From a virus, in the IMG/VR virus record IMGVR_UViG_3300032296_003821, positions 30,995-94,994 of that record: a stretch of DNA of 64,000 bases; one strand, 5' to 3'. Numbering within the stretch: position 1 is the first letter of the stretch; each line of letters opens with the position of its first letter. The translations under genes and the position numbers were made by a program. Of the stretch, positions 7,400 to 18,082 are shown piece by piece. Under the pieces are notes generated by a model. It saw nothing but the letters and a program-made list of their open reading frames with translations. It was not told the origin of the DNA and made no database searches.

Positions 7400-9000
7400 T
7401 GGAAGAAAAAAGTCTAAAACAAGTCGTCCGCGAGGAGTATATAAAGTGCGCCCAATCCCCGGCATATTTTATGAAAAAATACTGCCAGATCCAGCATCCA
7501 AAGCGTGGACGAATGCCTTTTAACCTTTATCCATTCCAAGAAAAAGTACTTACTCTATTCCAAGAGAACCCATACTCAATAGTACTTAAATCTCGCCAGT
7601 TAGGTATCTCAACATTAGCAGCAGGTTATTCACTGTGGATGATGATCTTCCATGAAGATAAAAACATCCTTTGTATTGCAACAAAACAGGAAACCGCTAA
7701 AAACATGGTTACTAAGGTAAAATTTATGTATGAAAGCTTACCTTCCTGGTTGAAATTTGCAAACAAACCTGACGAAGCAAATAAATTAACACTTCGACTG
7801 CCAAATGGATCTCAAATTAAAGCAGTTGGTGCATCAGCAGATGCAGGTCGATCAGAAGCCGTTTCATTGTTGATTATAGATGAGGCCGCCTTTATTCACA
7901 ATATTGGTGAGATTTGGGCCTCAGCTCAACAAACCTTAGCTACCGGTGGTGGATGTATTGCATTATCTACACCTTATGGTACAGGTAACTGGTTCCATCA
8001 AACGTGGGTTGCTGCTGAAATGGGTGACAATAGTTTCTTACCTATTAGATTACCTTGGGAAGTTCACCCTGAACGAGATCAATCATGGAGAGACCAACAA
8101 GATAAAGATTTAGGTATTCGAATGGCAGCACAAGAATGTGACTGTGATTTTACAACATCGGGTGATACAGTATTCACCCCTGAAGACATTACTTTTTACG
8201 AACAATTTCACGTGAAAGAACCTCTAGAAAAACGTGGTATTGATCAAAACCTATGGATTTGGGAACCAGCGGATTATTCGAGGAGTTATCTGATCGTAGC
8301 TGATGTAGCGCGTGGCGATGGCAAGGATTATTCGGCGTTTCACATCTTTGATGTCGAAACATTCACTCAGGTAGGTGAATATAAGGGCCAAATTAATACA
8401 AAAGATTATGGACATTTACTAGTAAGCATTGCAACAGAATACAACAATGCCTTATTAGCAGTCGAAAATCAAAGCGTAGGTTGGTCAACCGTACAAACCA
8501 TTTTAGACAGAGGTTATCAAAATTTCTATTACTCACCAAAAGGTGGAGCAAATAATGTAGATTCTTTCTTTGATCCCTACATGGACCATAGCAAAATGAC
8601 CCCAGGCTTTACAATGTCAAATACAACTCGTCCTATAGCAATTGGAAAATTCCAAGAAGCTGTTATGGATAAAGGAGTAGTTTTCCATTCAGCTCGCCTA
8701 TTAGAGGAAATGAAAGTATTTATATGGAGAAACGGTAGAGCAGAAGCACAAGCAGGATACAACGATGACCTAGTAATGGCATTTTGTATTGGTTGTTACT
8801 TACGTGAAACCGCATTTAAACTTAGAACAAGTAATATGGAAATGACTAAAAGTATGTTAAATGGTATTGGTAATTCCAAAACCGCATATGCTGGAGGTTA
8901 TTCCAATGGGCCTAGTTATGCTGATAAGTATAACAATAACCCATTTCAAATAGACAACCCTTACTCAAACGGCAAAGAAGACATTTCTTGGCTTTTATAA
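7399..9000 (+). CDS. terL: Terminase large subunit (T4 gp17-like)
   Basis: EYIKCAQSPAYF; LYPFQ; KSRQLGIST Walker A; LLIIDEAAFI Walker B; STPYG; nuclease DVARGDGKDYS and NDDLVMA. Confidence 0.95.
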   Translation: MEEKSLKQVVREEYIKCAQSPAYFMKKYCQIQHPKRGRMPFNLYPFQEKVLTLFQENPYSIVLKSRQLGISTLAAGYSLWMMIFHEDKNILCIATKQETAKNMVTKVKFMYESLPSWLKFANKPDEANKLTLRLPNGSQIKAVGASADAGRSEAVSLLIIDEAAFIHNIGEIWASAQQTLATGGGCIALSTPYGTGNWFHQTWVAAEMGDNSFLPIRLPWEVHPERDQSWRDQQDKDLGIRMAAQECDCDFTTSGDTVFTPEDITFYEQFHVKEPLEKRGIDQNLWIWEPADYSRSYLIVADVARGDGKDYSAFHIFDVETFTQVGEYKGQINTKDYGHLLVSIATEYNNALLAVENQSVGWSTVQTILDRGYQNFYYSPKGGANNVDSFFDPYMDHSKMTPGFTMSNTTRPIAIGKFQEAVMDKGVVFHSARLLEEMKVFIWRNGRAEAQAGYNDDLVMAFCIGCYLRETAFKLRTSNMEMTKSMLNGIGNSKTAYAGGYSNGPSYADKYNNNPFQIDNPYSNGKEDISWLL

Positions 9001-9009
9001 AATAAAAAT

Positions 9010-10908
9010 ATGGCAGATACAGGATTATTTTCACGATTAAGACGATTATTTTCAACTGATGTTATTATCCGTAATGAAGGAGATAACCAATTGAAAGTAT
9101 TTGATATAAACAAGATCCAAGTTTCAGGTGAATATGAAACCAATGCGTTGGTAGATAGATTCAATCGTATCTATACTAACTCACACACCTCAATTTATGG
9201 ATATCAAAGCTCGTTTAATTACCAAACTCTACGCCCCACACTTTATTCCGAATATGATTCAATGGATACAGATGCTATCATTGCTTCTGCCCTAGATATC
9301 TTAGCGGATGAAAGTACATTGCGTAATGACATGGGTGAGGTATTACAAATTCGCTCATCTGATGAAGATGTACAAAAAATTCTATATAATCTATTTTACG
9401 ATGTATTGAATGTAGAATTTAACTTATGGCCTTGGATTCGTAACATGTTAAAATATGGTGATTTCTTCTTGAAACTAGAAATTGCTGAAAAGTTTGGTGT
9501 GTATAATGTAATCCCTTATAATGCATTCCATATTGAAAGACAAGATGGATATGATAAAGATCATCCAAATTCAGTACGTTTTCGTTTTGATCCAGATGGT
9601 ATTTCATCCCCTTCAGACTATGGTTACTACAACGTACCAAATTCAGGTAATCAAGCAAATGCTATTTTCTTTGACAACTATGAAATGGCACACTTCCGTT
9701 TATTAACGGATACTAACTTTTTACCTTATGGTAGATCGTATTTAGAGCCTGCTCGTAAATTGTTTAAACAATATATTATGATGGAAGATGCGATGTTAAT
9801 TCACCGTATTGTTCGCGCACCTGAAAAACGTATCTTCTACATCAATGTTGGAAACATTGCACCTGCTGAGGTAGAAAACTTCATGCAGAAAACAATTTCC
9901 AAAATGAAACGTACTCCTTATATTGACCAAAACACTGGTGATTATAACTTGAAGTACAATATGCAGAATCTACTTGAAGACTTCTATATCCCAGTACGTG
10001 GTAATGATCAAGCAACTAAAATTGATAATTTAGCAGGTTTACAATGGCAAGGTATTGAAGACGTTACCTACTTACGTGATAAATTATTTGCTGCCCTTAA
10101 GGTGCCTAAAGCATTTATGGGTTACGAAAAAGATTTGACTGGTAAAGCTACATTAGCTGCTGAAGATATTCGATTTGCACGTACAATTGAGCGTATTCAA
10201 CGTATTGTAGTATCTGAGTTGACTAAAATTGCTCTTGTTCACTTATATGCTCAAGGTTATCGTGACGAAAGCATGACAAACTTTGAATTGTCATTAACTA
10301 CACCTTCAATCATTTACGATCAAGAAAGAGTAGCATTAATGAAAGAAAAAGTTGATCTAGCTACTCAAATGATGGAAAATAAAATCCTTCCTACTGATTG
10401 GATTTATGAAAACTTATTCCATTTAAGTGAAGATCAATATGATGAATATAGAGATTTGCTTTTACAAGATGCTAAACGTAAATTCCGTATTGCACAAATT
10501 GAAAACGAAGGTAACGACCCACTTGAAACTGGAAAATCTTATGGTACACCACACGATCTAGCTTCTTTATATGGTAGAGGCAGATATGAAGCAACTAATG
10601 TACCTTTAGGGTATGATGAGGAAAAAGATTTAGGTCGCCCTGAGGAAAAAATTACAGATAAAAATACACAAGATAATGCGTTTGGAAAAGACAGACTTGG
10701 AACAGACGGCGTTAAAAAAGACGGAGACGAATCAGATTCAATTAGACCTCAATACAAAGGTGGCAGTCCATTAGCTCTTGAAACTAAAGGTAAACCAAAC
10801 CCTAACAAGAGAATGTTTAACGATATCAAAAATCAACACAAACAAATGATCTTTGAATCAGACATTAGGGGGAATTCACTATTAGATGAATCACAGATAC
10901 GAGAGTAA
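9010..10908 (+). CDS. Portal protein (T4 gp20-like)
   Basis: MEDAMLIHRIVRAPEKRIFYINVGN; LEDFYIPVRG; LFAALKVPKAF; EDIRFARTIERIQ. Confidence 0.95.
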   Translation: MADTGLFSRLRRLFSTDVIIRNEGDNQLKVFDINKIQVSGEYETNALVDRFNRIYTNSHTSIYGYQSSFNYQTLRPTLYSEYDSMDTDAIIASALDILADESTLRNDMGEVLQIRSSDEDVQKILYNLFYDVLNVEFNLWPWIRNMLKYGDFFLKLEIAEKFGVYNVIPYNAFHIERQDGYDKDHPNSVRFRFDPDGISSPSDYGYYNVPNSGNQANAIFFDNYEMAHFRLLTDTNFLPYGRSYLEPARKLFKQYIMMEDAMLIHRIVRAPEKRIFYINVGNIAPAEVENFMQKTISKMKRTPYIDQNTGDYNLKYNMQNLLEDFYIPVRGNDQATKIDNLAGLQWQGIEDVTYLRDKLFAALKVPKAFMGYEKDLTGKATLAAEDIRFARTIERIQRIVVSELTKIALVHLYAQGYRDESMTNFELSLTTPSIIYDQERVALMKEKVDLATQMMENKILPTDWIYENLFHLSEDQYDEYRDLLLQDAKRKFRIAQIENEGNDPLETGKSYGTPHDLASLYGRGRYEATNVPLGYDEEKDLGRPEEKITDKNTQDNAFGKDRLGTDGVKKDGDESDSIRPQYKGGSPLALETKGKPNPNKRMFNDIKNQHKQMIFESDIRGNSLLDESQIRE

Positions 10909-10920
10909 GGAAATTCTATA

Positions 10921-10932
10921 TATTTATAAATA
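10921..10932 (+). promoter_or_regulatory. Putative late promoter
   Basis: TATTTATAAATA upstream of ATG 10949. Confidence 0.6.
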
Positions 10933-10948
10933 AACAAATATTACCAGA

Positions 10949-11812
10949 ATGCAAGTTAAACATTCAAAGTATAAAAACACGGGTATCCTCTTTGAACTTT
11001 TGGTTCGCCAGATCACCACAGACACACTGGATGGAAAGGATTCTCCGGCTAAAGATATACTTAAAAAATATTTCGTTAAGTCGGAATTGGGTCGTGAGTA
11101 TAAGTTATATGAAACGTTACTTAAAAGAACATCATTAACTGAAGGTAAAGCAAACGTTGTAGTAGATACATTAATCGAATCTTCTAAAACATTAAATAGA
11201 GGAGCTATTAAACGTCAGAAATACAATCTGATCAGCGAGATCCAAAAATATTATGATTTAAACGAGTTTTTTAATCATAAGCTACCAAACTATAAAATGT
11301 TTGCTGCATTCTATACGTTGACTGAAATTGCAAACGCCCAACACACTGTTGACCCTGATCAAGCTATCAACAATAAAGTAACTATTTTAGAGCATTTAAC
11401 TGCTGCTAAAATTGAAGAAAATAAAGTACGTGATGAGGTAATGGGTGAATTTGAAAAAGCCGATAAAGACGTTCGTTTTTTAGCATATAAAATGGTATTA
11501 GAAAGCTTTAATACAAAATATAACGACCTACATCCACGTCAAAAAGAAATTCTTAAAGAATTTATTACTTCGGTTGACAATAAACCACGTTTAAAAGAAT
11601 TTTACACTGCCAAGGTAGTTGAAATTAAAGAAGAATTAGCTAAACTCAATGCTAAAACTAAAAACGAAGTAACCAAAATTAAAATCAACGAAATCATCAA
11701 CATTATCCAGATACCTGCTAAAACAGCTAAAATTACTGATAATGATTTAGTTGACTTGTTACAGTATTATGATTTAATCAACGAGTTAGAAACTGTAAAT
11801 GGAAAAAATTAA
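10949..11812 (+). CDS. Head-assembly/prohead core hypothetical protein
   Basis: KHSKYKNTGILFELLVRQI N-terminus; helical; lies between portal and protease. Confidence 0.6.
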   Translation: MQVKHSKYKNTGILFELLVRQITTDTLDGKDSPAKDILKKYFVKSELGREYKLYETLLKRTSLTEGKANVVVDTLIESSKTLNRGAIKRQKYNLISEIQKYYDLNEFFNHKLPNYKMFAAFYTLTEIANAQHTVDPDQAINNKVTILEHLTAAKIEENKVRDEVMGEFEKADKDVRFLAYKMVLESFNTKYNDLHPRQKEILKEFITSVDNKPRLKEFYTAKVVEIKEELAKLNAKTKNEVTKIKINEIINIIQIPAKTAKITDNDLVDLLQYYDLINELETVNGKN

Positions 11813-12302
11813 AGAAATAATTCGCAAGAAACTAGCAGAAATGAGCGCTACCGGAATGGGTGGTGCTTCGTTTTCTCCTGGTCAAGGAATGAATTATGCT
11901 ACTCCAAAAGCATTTAAAAAAACAAAAAATATTAAAGAAGGTCCTGGAGCTAGTTTAGGAATGGGTCCAAGTGCTGGTTCCGAAGGTGTAAAAGATAATG
12001 CTTACGTAAAACAATTCAAATATAAACTAGTACCTAAGAAAATTAAAGGATCTGGTTTAGAAGTTAAGCAACTTTGGGAAGATGAAACATTAAACGAAAT
12101 GAATGACGTTCAAAAAAGACGCATTGCTTCGTTAGACGAGATTGAAAAATTAATGAACGAAATTCAACCACTTGTTTCAAACGCAAAAAATGAGACAATT
12201 GAATTATATGGTGGAAATGCTGGTTCATATGATATCAATAAACCAATCGAAATAGTTTTAAGCTATTTAAAAGAAATAAAACAACTCTTATCAGAAAAAT
12301 AA
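11799..12302 (+). CDS. Putative prohead core/internal protein
   Basis: IKEIIRKKLAE leader; EMSATG..YATPKAF; IKE, LWE and LNE sites. Confidence 0.55.
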   Translation: MEKIKEIIRKKLAEMSATGMGGASFSPGQGMNYATPKAFKKTKNIKEGPGASLGMGPSAGSEGVKDNAYVKQFKYKLVPKKIKGSGLEVKQLWEDETLNEMNDVQKRRIASLDEIEKLMNEIQPLVSNAKNETIELYGGNAGSYDINKPIEIVLSYLKEIKQLLSEK

Positions 12303-14149
12303 TGAAAAAGACATTACAAGATCAGTATTTGTTAATCAAAGAAGGTAAAGGACACGTTGGTGTTTTCCTTACAGAAGCAAAGCGTCAATTCCCAAATATC
12401 GTACGCAATGCTGCTACATTTGATGAAGCAGTAGCATCACTTAAGACCAAAAACATCATCTCAGAAAATGTAATTTCTGTAATGCCTGCTATGATGGATC
12501 GTCCTAAAAAAGAATCTTATGAAACTGCGTTTGAAGCATTCTTAGCTGAAGCAAAAAAGAAAAACGAAGACGAAAAAGTTAAAGCAGAAGAAAAAAAAGT
12601 TTCTAAACCTGTAGAAGAAGATCTTGCCCATAACTACGATAATTCAGATGATAAGAATCCTGACAATATGATCTTTGGTCAAATTATGATGGGTTATTAT
12701 GCTGAAATGAAAGATCCTAAAAATGCTAATAAGACGATGCAAGAACTTAAAGACATCGTATTTAAAAACTTAGAAAAAGACCCAATTTACTATACAAAAA
12801 ATGGTCAATTTGGTGTTAAAGATTTAGGATATGTAACTGAAGCACCTGGTTTGGGTGAGCCAAAAGAAGCTAAAGGTAAATACAAATCATCTGGATACGG
12901 TGACTTAAAAGAAGGTGTAGAAAAATTTAAGTCGGATGTTAAAGATGCTGTAACTAAAAAAAAAGATAGCAAATTTACTGATGAAGAAATTAAAGCTAAA
13001 CTAAAACAAAAACGTGAAGCTGAACTTAAGCGTAGAAAAGAAGCAGGTGAATCACTTGAAGAAATTGCATTGCGTGAAGTAGTTCAAAATATGATTTTTG
13101 AAGAATTGAATTCTGAAGAATTTGAAGATACTCTTTTTAGACTTGAACAACCACATTTAAGTGATAAAGAAGCTTTAACCACAATTCAAAAAATATATGC
13201 TCGTCACAGTCAAGGACTTAATTCAATTTCTCAAAATATAGAAGAAAGTGATGTTGATGAAGCATATCAATTGGTAAACATTAATCCTGTAAAAAGCGAT
13301 AAAGAAAGGGGTGAAAGAGAACCACAACCTTTCAAAATGTCTTATATTGATCCTTCAGTAGTAGATTCACTTACTAAAAACCAACACTTAAGAATCCTTA
13401 GAAGCCCATCTGACCCAGAAAACATTACACTCGCTATTCGTGCTAGATTGGTCCCAACATCTGCTAAAAATTTAGGAAAAACTACAGATAATTTAAATAA
13501 ACTTCCATTAGATATTCCATCAGATTTTAAAAACTTTTTAACTGATACAAACAATATTTCTGGAGAAAAACAACTTCCAACAAGAGAAGGTGTTGCTGAA
13601 TTGTATAAAGTACTTAGCAATGCTACTTTAAATAAAAATGGTAGTCTTGTATTGAAGGTTCCAAACCCAAATTACGAAAAATCACCTGAATCTTTAAAAG
13701 AAAGTGTTGAAAAGGATTTAGCAGATATCAACAAAGAAGCAGAACACGAAGTTCTACAAGCTAAATTAGACAAAATTGACGCTCTAATCGACCATAGACG
13801 TTCTAAACTTTCAAAACTTGACGAGGATGAGGATATGAAAGCCTTAACTGACAAGAAAAAAGTTAAAGAACTTGAAAAAGACATTAAAAAACTAGAGGTA
13901 GCTCGTAAAAAAGTTGAAAAAATGATGTCGAAATTTAAAGGTAAAAAAGCAGCCTCTAAAGAAGTAATTGACGAAATGGAAGATGAACCATCAACTGAAT
14001 ATCTAGAATATAAAGAAGATGCTGAAAATCGTTACGACGCTGGAGAAAGCATCGATTCAATCCTTGGCAACTATAACAATATCTCTCAAGATATGAAAGA
14101 TATGTTACGTAATGATCTAGAAGGTAAAATGGACGGAATGGATTATTAA
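12302..14149 (+). CDS. Large charged multi-module prohead core/internal protein
   Basis: Lys/Glu-rich modules separated by many [LIV]-x-E sites (IKE, LTE, ISE, LAE, LKE, LRE, IEE, VDE, LKE, IDE); immediately upstream of the protease. Confidence 0.55.
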   Translation: MKKTLQDQYLLIKEGKGHVGVFLTEAKRQFPNIVRNAATFDEAVASLKTKNIISENVISVMPAMMDRPKKESYETAFEAFLAEAKKKNEDEKVKAEEKKVSKPVEEDLAHNYDNSDDKNPDNMIFGQIMMGYYAEMKDPKNANKTMQELKDIVFKNLEKDPIYYTKNGQFGVKDLGYVTEAPGLGEPKEAKGKYKSSGYGDLKEGVEKFKSDVKDAVTKKKDSKFTDEEIKAKLKQKREAELKRRKEAGESLEEIALREVVQNMIFEELNSEEFEDTLFRLEQPHLSDKEALTTIQKIYARHSQGLNSISQNIEESDVDEAYQLVNINPVKSDKERGEREPQPFKMSYIDPSVVDSLTKNQHLRILRSPSDPENITLAIRARLVPTSAKNLGKTTDNLNKLPLDIPSDFKNFLTDTNNISGEKQLPTREGVAELYKVLSNATLNKNGSLVLKVPNPNYEKSPESLKESVEKDLADINKEAEHEVLQAKLDKIDALIDHRRSKLSKLDEDEDMKALTDKKKVKELEKDIKKLEVARKKVEKMMSKFKGKKAASKEVIDEMEDEPSTEYLEYKEDAENRYDAGESIDSILGNYNNISQDMKDMLRNDLEGKMDGMDY

Positions 14150-14150
14150 T

Positions 14151-14783
14151 ATGAGCAAACAACTTTTAATAGAAACCAGACATTTTGATCCAAAACCAAT
14201 GAAATTGGTTGAGGGTATGAGCAAAAGCGGTAACGTTTTTGTTGAAGGGATATTGGCTACTGTAGAGGTAAAAAATGGAAATGGTCGCTATTACAAACGT
14301 GAATTGTGGGAACGCGAAATTGATAACTTTACACGCAAAATCCAAATGAAATCTACCGAAACGGTAGGTGAGTTGGATCATCCTGATTCGCAAGTAATCA
14401 ACCTTAAAAACGCATCTCATGCTATACGTGAAGTATGGTGGAGAGGGGATGAAATTTGGGGTAAAGTAGAAATATTCTCTGATATGGGTGATTTAGGCAC
14501 TACATCAGGTCGTATTGCAGGTGCATTAGTCAAAAATGGCTTAATCATTGGTATTTCTTCTCGTGGAATGGGTTCCCTAAAACAAATGGGTGAGGTAATG
14601 GAAGTACAAGACGACTTTGAATTACTTACTTGGGATTTAGTTTCCAACCCATCTAACCCAGATTCATGGATGAAAAATGGTGCTTTAAATGAATCAAGAT
14701 CAACATATTTGCATGATTACGCACGTACAAATTCAATAGTTACTGAAATATTATGTGCTAAAGGTACATGTCCGATATTTTAA
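14151..14783 (+). CDS. Prohead maturation protease (T4 gp21-like)
   Basis: KNGNGRYY; GELDHPDS; NLKNASH; GISSRGMGS; WDLVSNPS. Confidence 0.95.
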   Translation: MSKQLLIETRHFDPKPMKLVEGMSKSGNVFVEGILATVEVKNGNGRYYKRELWEREIDNFTRKIQMKSTETVGELDHPDSQVINLKNASHAIREVWWRGDEIWGKVEIFSDMGDLGTTSGRIAGALVKNGLIIGISSRGMGSLKQMGEVMEVQDDFELLTWDLVSNPSNPDSWMKNGALNESRSTYLHDYARTNSIVTEILCAKGTCPIF

Positions 14784-14805
14784 AACATGCAAACCGGTGA
14801 AAATT

Positions 14806-14832
14806 AGCCCTCTTTTTGAGGGCTTTTTTTTT
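14806..14832 (+). terminator. Rho-independent terminator
   Basis: AGCCCTC-ttttt-GAGGGCT followed by a T run. Confidence 0.85.
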
Positions 14833-14857
14833 CTTTGCGACTTTGAGTATATCAACA

Positions 14858-14944
14858 CATATATATAACTCGAATATGCCACCCCCCCTCACATCTTATG
14901 TGGCATCGATATAAAAAATTCTATTACGTTTCTTAATAAACGTA
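14858..14944 (+). promoter_or_regulatory. Late-promoter variant plus two-hairpin 5' leader of the scaffold/MCP operon
   Basis: CATATATATAA, then ATGCCAC(14876)..GTGGCAT(14906) and TACGTTT-cttaat-AAACGTA (14925-14944). Confidence 0.45.
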
Positions 14945-14971
14945 TTTTCCCAACAAAATAATTTAGGAAAA

Positions 14972-16270
14972 ATGGCAACAAACAGAGACTTGCTCAAAGA
15001 AGCAATTGCTGATGCTAAAGCTGTTAAAGAAACCGCTATCGCAAACGCAAAAGCAGCTCTAGAAGAAGCCTTCACACCTCAATTGAAAACAATGTTCGCT
15101 GCAAAACTCCAAGAAATGGAAAAAGAAGAACTCGAAGAAGAAGGATTTGGTAAAGCCAATGCCGATTCAGACGAAGGATTCAGCCAAGGAATGGATGAAA
15201 AAGCATTAGACGAATATGCAGAACTACAACCAGATAGAGATATAGATGGTGATGGTGATGTAGATGCTCAAGATGCAGCAATGATGGAAATTGATTTGGA
15301 AGAGCTTTTACGCGAGCTAGAAGAAGAGGAAACAGCGGAAGGCCTTTACGAAGCCGAAGAAGAGGAAGAAGAATCTGAAGAAGAGGAAGAAGAATCTGAA
15401 GAAGGTGAAGACGAAGGTGAACCACTTGACCTCGAAGACATGACCGATGAGGATCTTAAATCAATGATTGAAGATGTTATCAAAGACATGATCGAAGCAG
15501 GCGAACTCGAAGCTGGCCACGAAGGTGGTGAAGAAGAGGAAGCTGAAGAAACAGGCATAGAAGACGAAGAAGAAGTCGACTTAGCAGAACTTTTAAGAGA
15601 AATTGAAGAAATGGAAGAAATGAAAGAACCAGTTGATGAACTTTTTGGTATTAAATCAAGAGCTGTCAGAGACTTTGAAAGAGCAAACCCAGGTTTACTC
15701 GACAAAGTTAAATCAGCTCAAGATGAAAAATCCAAAATTTCCATGATGAAAGATGCTATGGATAAATTTAGAGCAGATTACATCAGAGATACTAAAAGCC
15801 CAGGTGTAGCCAATGCCGCAGTAGCTAGAGTGTGGGAATATGTAGGAGTTGAACCTGCTACTATTCCATCATCATCAGGAGATACAGCAGCAGGAATGTT
15901 AGGCCAAAGAGAATCTATGGAACCTGAATTGGCTGAAGCATTGAAAACTATTGAAGCTCTTAAGTCTGAATTGAACGAAATCAATTTGTTAAATGCTAAA
16001 TTGCTTTATACAAATAAAATCTTCAAAGCTAAAAACTTAAACGAAAACCAAAAAGTGAAAGTGTTGAGTTCTTTTGACAAAGCAACAACTGTAGGTGAAG
16101 TTAAGATGGTATTTGAAACTTTAAATGAGGGAATCAAAGTTTCTAAAAATACAATCAAAGAAAACCTAGGTAGTGCTTCAAAAGCAATGGTAACACCTAA
16201 CGCTAAAAAACCAATCGTAGAGTCAAACGATGCATTCTTACGTATGCAAAAATTGGCAGGATTACTTTAA
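14972..16270 (+). CDS. Prohead scaffolding/core protein (T4 gp22-like role)
   Basis: Between protease and MCP; LLKEAIADAKAVKETAIANAKAALEEAF; very acidic middle; LNEINLLNAKLLY; ends RMQKLAGLL. Confidence 0.85.
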   Translation: MATNRDLLKEAIADAKAVKETAIANAKAALEEAFTPQLKTMFAAKLQEMEKEELEEEGFGKANADSDEGFSQGMDEKALDEYAELQPDRDIDGDGDVDAQDAAMMEIDLEELLRELEEEETAEGLYEAEEEEEESEEEEEESEEGEDEGEPLDLEDMTDEDLKSMIEDVIKDMIEAGELEAGHEGGEEEEAEETGIEDEEEVDLAELLREIEEMEEMKEPVDELFGIKSRAVRDFERANPGLLDKVKSAQDEKSKISMMKDAMDKFRADYIRDTKSPGVANAAVARVWEYVGVEPATIPSSSGDTAAGMLGQRESMEPELAEALKTIEALKSELNEINLLNAKLLYTNKIFKAKNLNENQKVKVLSSFDKATTVGEVKMVFETLNEGIKVSKNTIKENLGSASKAMVTPNAKKPIVESNDAFLRMQKLAGLL

Positions 16271-16298
16271 TTAATTTAATAAAAAACAAAAACAGAAA

Positions 16299-17996
16299 AT
16301 GTCAAACATTAATTCTCTTTTAGAAAGCGCAGCTGGCAGTTGGAAAAACATGCAAAGCGACGCAGCTCGTATGGCCGCAAAATGGGGCAAAACGGGTCTT
16401 TTGGAAGGATTGAGCACAGAAGTTGAGAAAAACAACATGGCTTTGATCCTCGAAAACCAAGCAAAACAACTTGTTGTTGAGCAATCTTCTACAAACGTAG
16501 GTGGTGCTACCTTTACAGTAGGTCAAGGTGAGCAGTGGGCTGGTGTAGCTCTTCCATTGGTACGTAAAGTATTCGGTTCTTTATCATCTAAAGAATTCGT
16601 TTCTGTACAACCAATGAATTTGCCTTCTGGTCTAGTATTCTTCTTAGATTTCCAATATGGTGATGCTAACGGTAAAATTGCTCCTACTGGTCCATTTGGT
16701 CCTGGTGGTGATACTTACGGTGCTACTTCATCTATGTATGGTAACACAAACCCAGCTAATGGTGGTGACCCAACTAACGGTTTATATGGTGCAGGTCGTT
16801 TTGCATACTCAATCAACCAATTCTCAGCTTCAGCAGTTACTACATGTACTACAGCTTCTTGGTCTGATGTTGAATATAATTCTGACTTATCATCTTCTAT
16901 CGCTGCTGGTTACTGGACTAAAGTTGCAGTTCCTGTAACTTCATTATCTGGTTCAGACCTTAAAGGTGTTCGTGCATTCGTAGTAGCTTCAGGTTCAGTA
17001 GTAACTCCAACTCAACAAGCTAAATACCTTCCACAGTATACTTACACTGATGGTACTAATGTATACTTTATTGCAACTGGTTCAGTTAACACTGCTAACC
17101 TTCCATTGAATGGTGGTACTAACACAGTATTCTACAACCTTCAACCAGCTGACAACTACCGTGGTGATTTTGAAGATCAATCATCTGCAAATCGTGGTGG
17201 TTATCCAAATGCTAATTCTACATCTGCAGATCAATTAGCTATTCCACAAATCAACATCCAAATGAAATCTGAGGCTATTGTTGCTAAAACTCGCAAGTTG
17301 AAAGCACAATGGACACCAGAATTCGCTCAAGATTTGAACGCATACCAATCTTTGGATGCTGAAGCTGAATTGACTTCAATCATGAGCGAGTACATTGCAT
17401 TGGAAATCGATCTTGAAGTATTGGATATGTTGATCCAAGACGCATCTGCAGCAGATGAGTACTGGTCAACTAAAAACAACAACTACTTGAATGCTGATAA
17501 AACAGCTTGGGAAAACAACGCTGGTTACTACAACACTCAAGGTCAGTGGTTCCAAACTTTAGGTACTAAAATGCAGAAAGTTTCTAACAAAATTCACCAA
17601 AAAACTCTACGTGGTGGTGCAAACTTCATCGTATGTGCTCCAAGTGTAGCAACTATCCTCGAGTCAATCCCAGGATTTGCTTCATCTTCTGATGGTGATG
17701 TAACTAAAGCTAGCTACGCATTCGGTATCCAGAAAGCTGGTCAAATGAACAACCGTTATACAGTTTACAAAAACCCTTACATGACTGAAAATGTAATGTT
17801 GATGGGTTATAGAGGATCACAATTCCTTGAAACTGGTGCGGTATTTGCTCCGTATGTTCCATTAATCATGACACCTCTTGTGTACGATCCAGATACATTT
17901 ACTCCACGTAAAGGACTCTTGACTCGTTACGCTAAGAAAATGATCCGTCCTGAATTCTTCGGTCGTATCTATGTTAACGATTTGAACGTACTTTAA
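16299..17996 (+). CDS. Major capsid protein (T4 gp23-like)
   Basis: KWGKTGLLEGL; LENQAKQL; SVQPMNLPSGLVFFLDF; AKTRKLKAQWTPEFAQDLNAY; APYVPL; FTPRKGLLTRYA. Confidence 0.97.
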   Translation: MSNINSLLESAAGSWKNMQSDAARMAAKWGKTGLLEGLSTEVEKNNMALILENQAKQLVVEQSSTNVGGATFTVGQGEQWAGVALPLVRKVFGSLSSKEFVSVQPMNLPSGLVFFLDFQYGDANGKIAPTGPFGPGGDTYGATSSMYGNTNPANGGDPTNGLYGAGRFAYSINQFSASAVTTCTTASWSDVEYNSDLSSSIAAGYWTKVAVPVTSLSGSDLKGVRAFVVASGSVVTPTQQAKYLPQYTYTDGTNVYFIATGSVNTANLPLNGGTNTVFYNLQPADNYRGDFEDQSSANRGGYPNANSTSADQLAIPQINIQMKSEAIVAKTRKLKAQWTPEFAQDLNAYQSLDAEAELTSIMSEYIALEIDLEVLDMLIQDASAADEYWSTKNNNYLNADKTAWENNAGYYNTQGQWFQTLGTKMQKVSNKIHQKTLRGGANFIVCAPSVATILESIPGFASSSDGDVTKASYAFGIQKAGQMNNRYTVYKNPYMTENVMLMGYRGSQFLETGAVFAPYVPLIMTPLVYDPDTFTPRKGLLTRYAKKMIRPEFFGRIYVNDLNVL

Positions 17997-18020
17997 TCGG
18001 TAGTAAATAATCGAATATGA

Positions 18021-18052
18021 AGAGCCTGGCGAAAGCCAGGCTTTTCTATTTT
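18021..18052 (+). terminator. Rho-independent terminator after MCP
   Basis: AGCCTGGC-GAAA-GCCAGGCT followed by TTTCTATTTT. Confidence 0.85.
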
Positions 18053-18082
18053 CTCCCAATATTTATTAGCAAATATAGTTAT

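Noticed and set aside
18017-18082. Longer N-terminus of PhoH given by the ORF track
   Set aside because: It runs through the MCP terminator and the late motif; ATG 18083 is more plausible.
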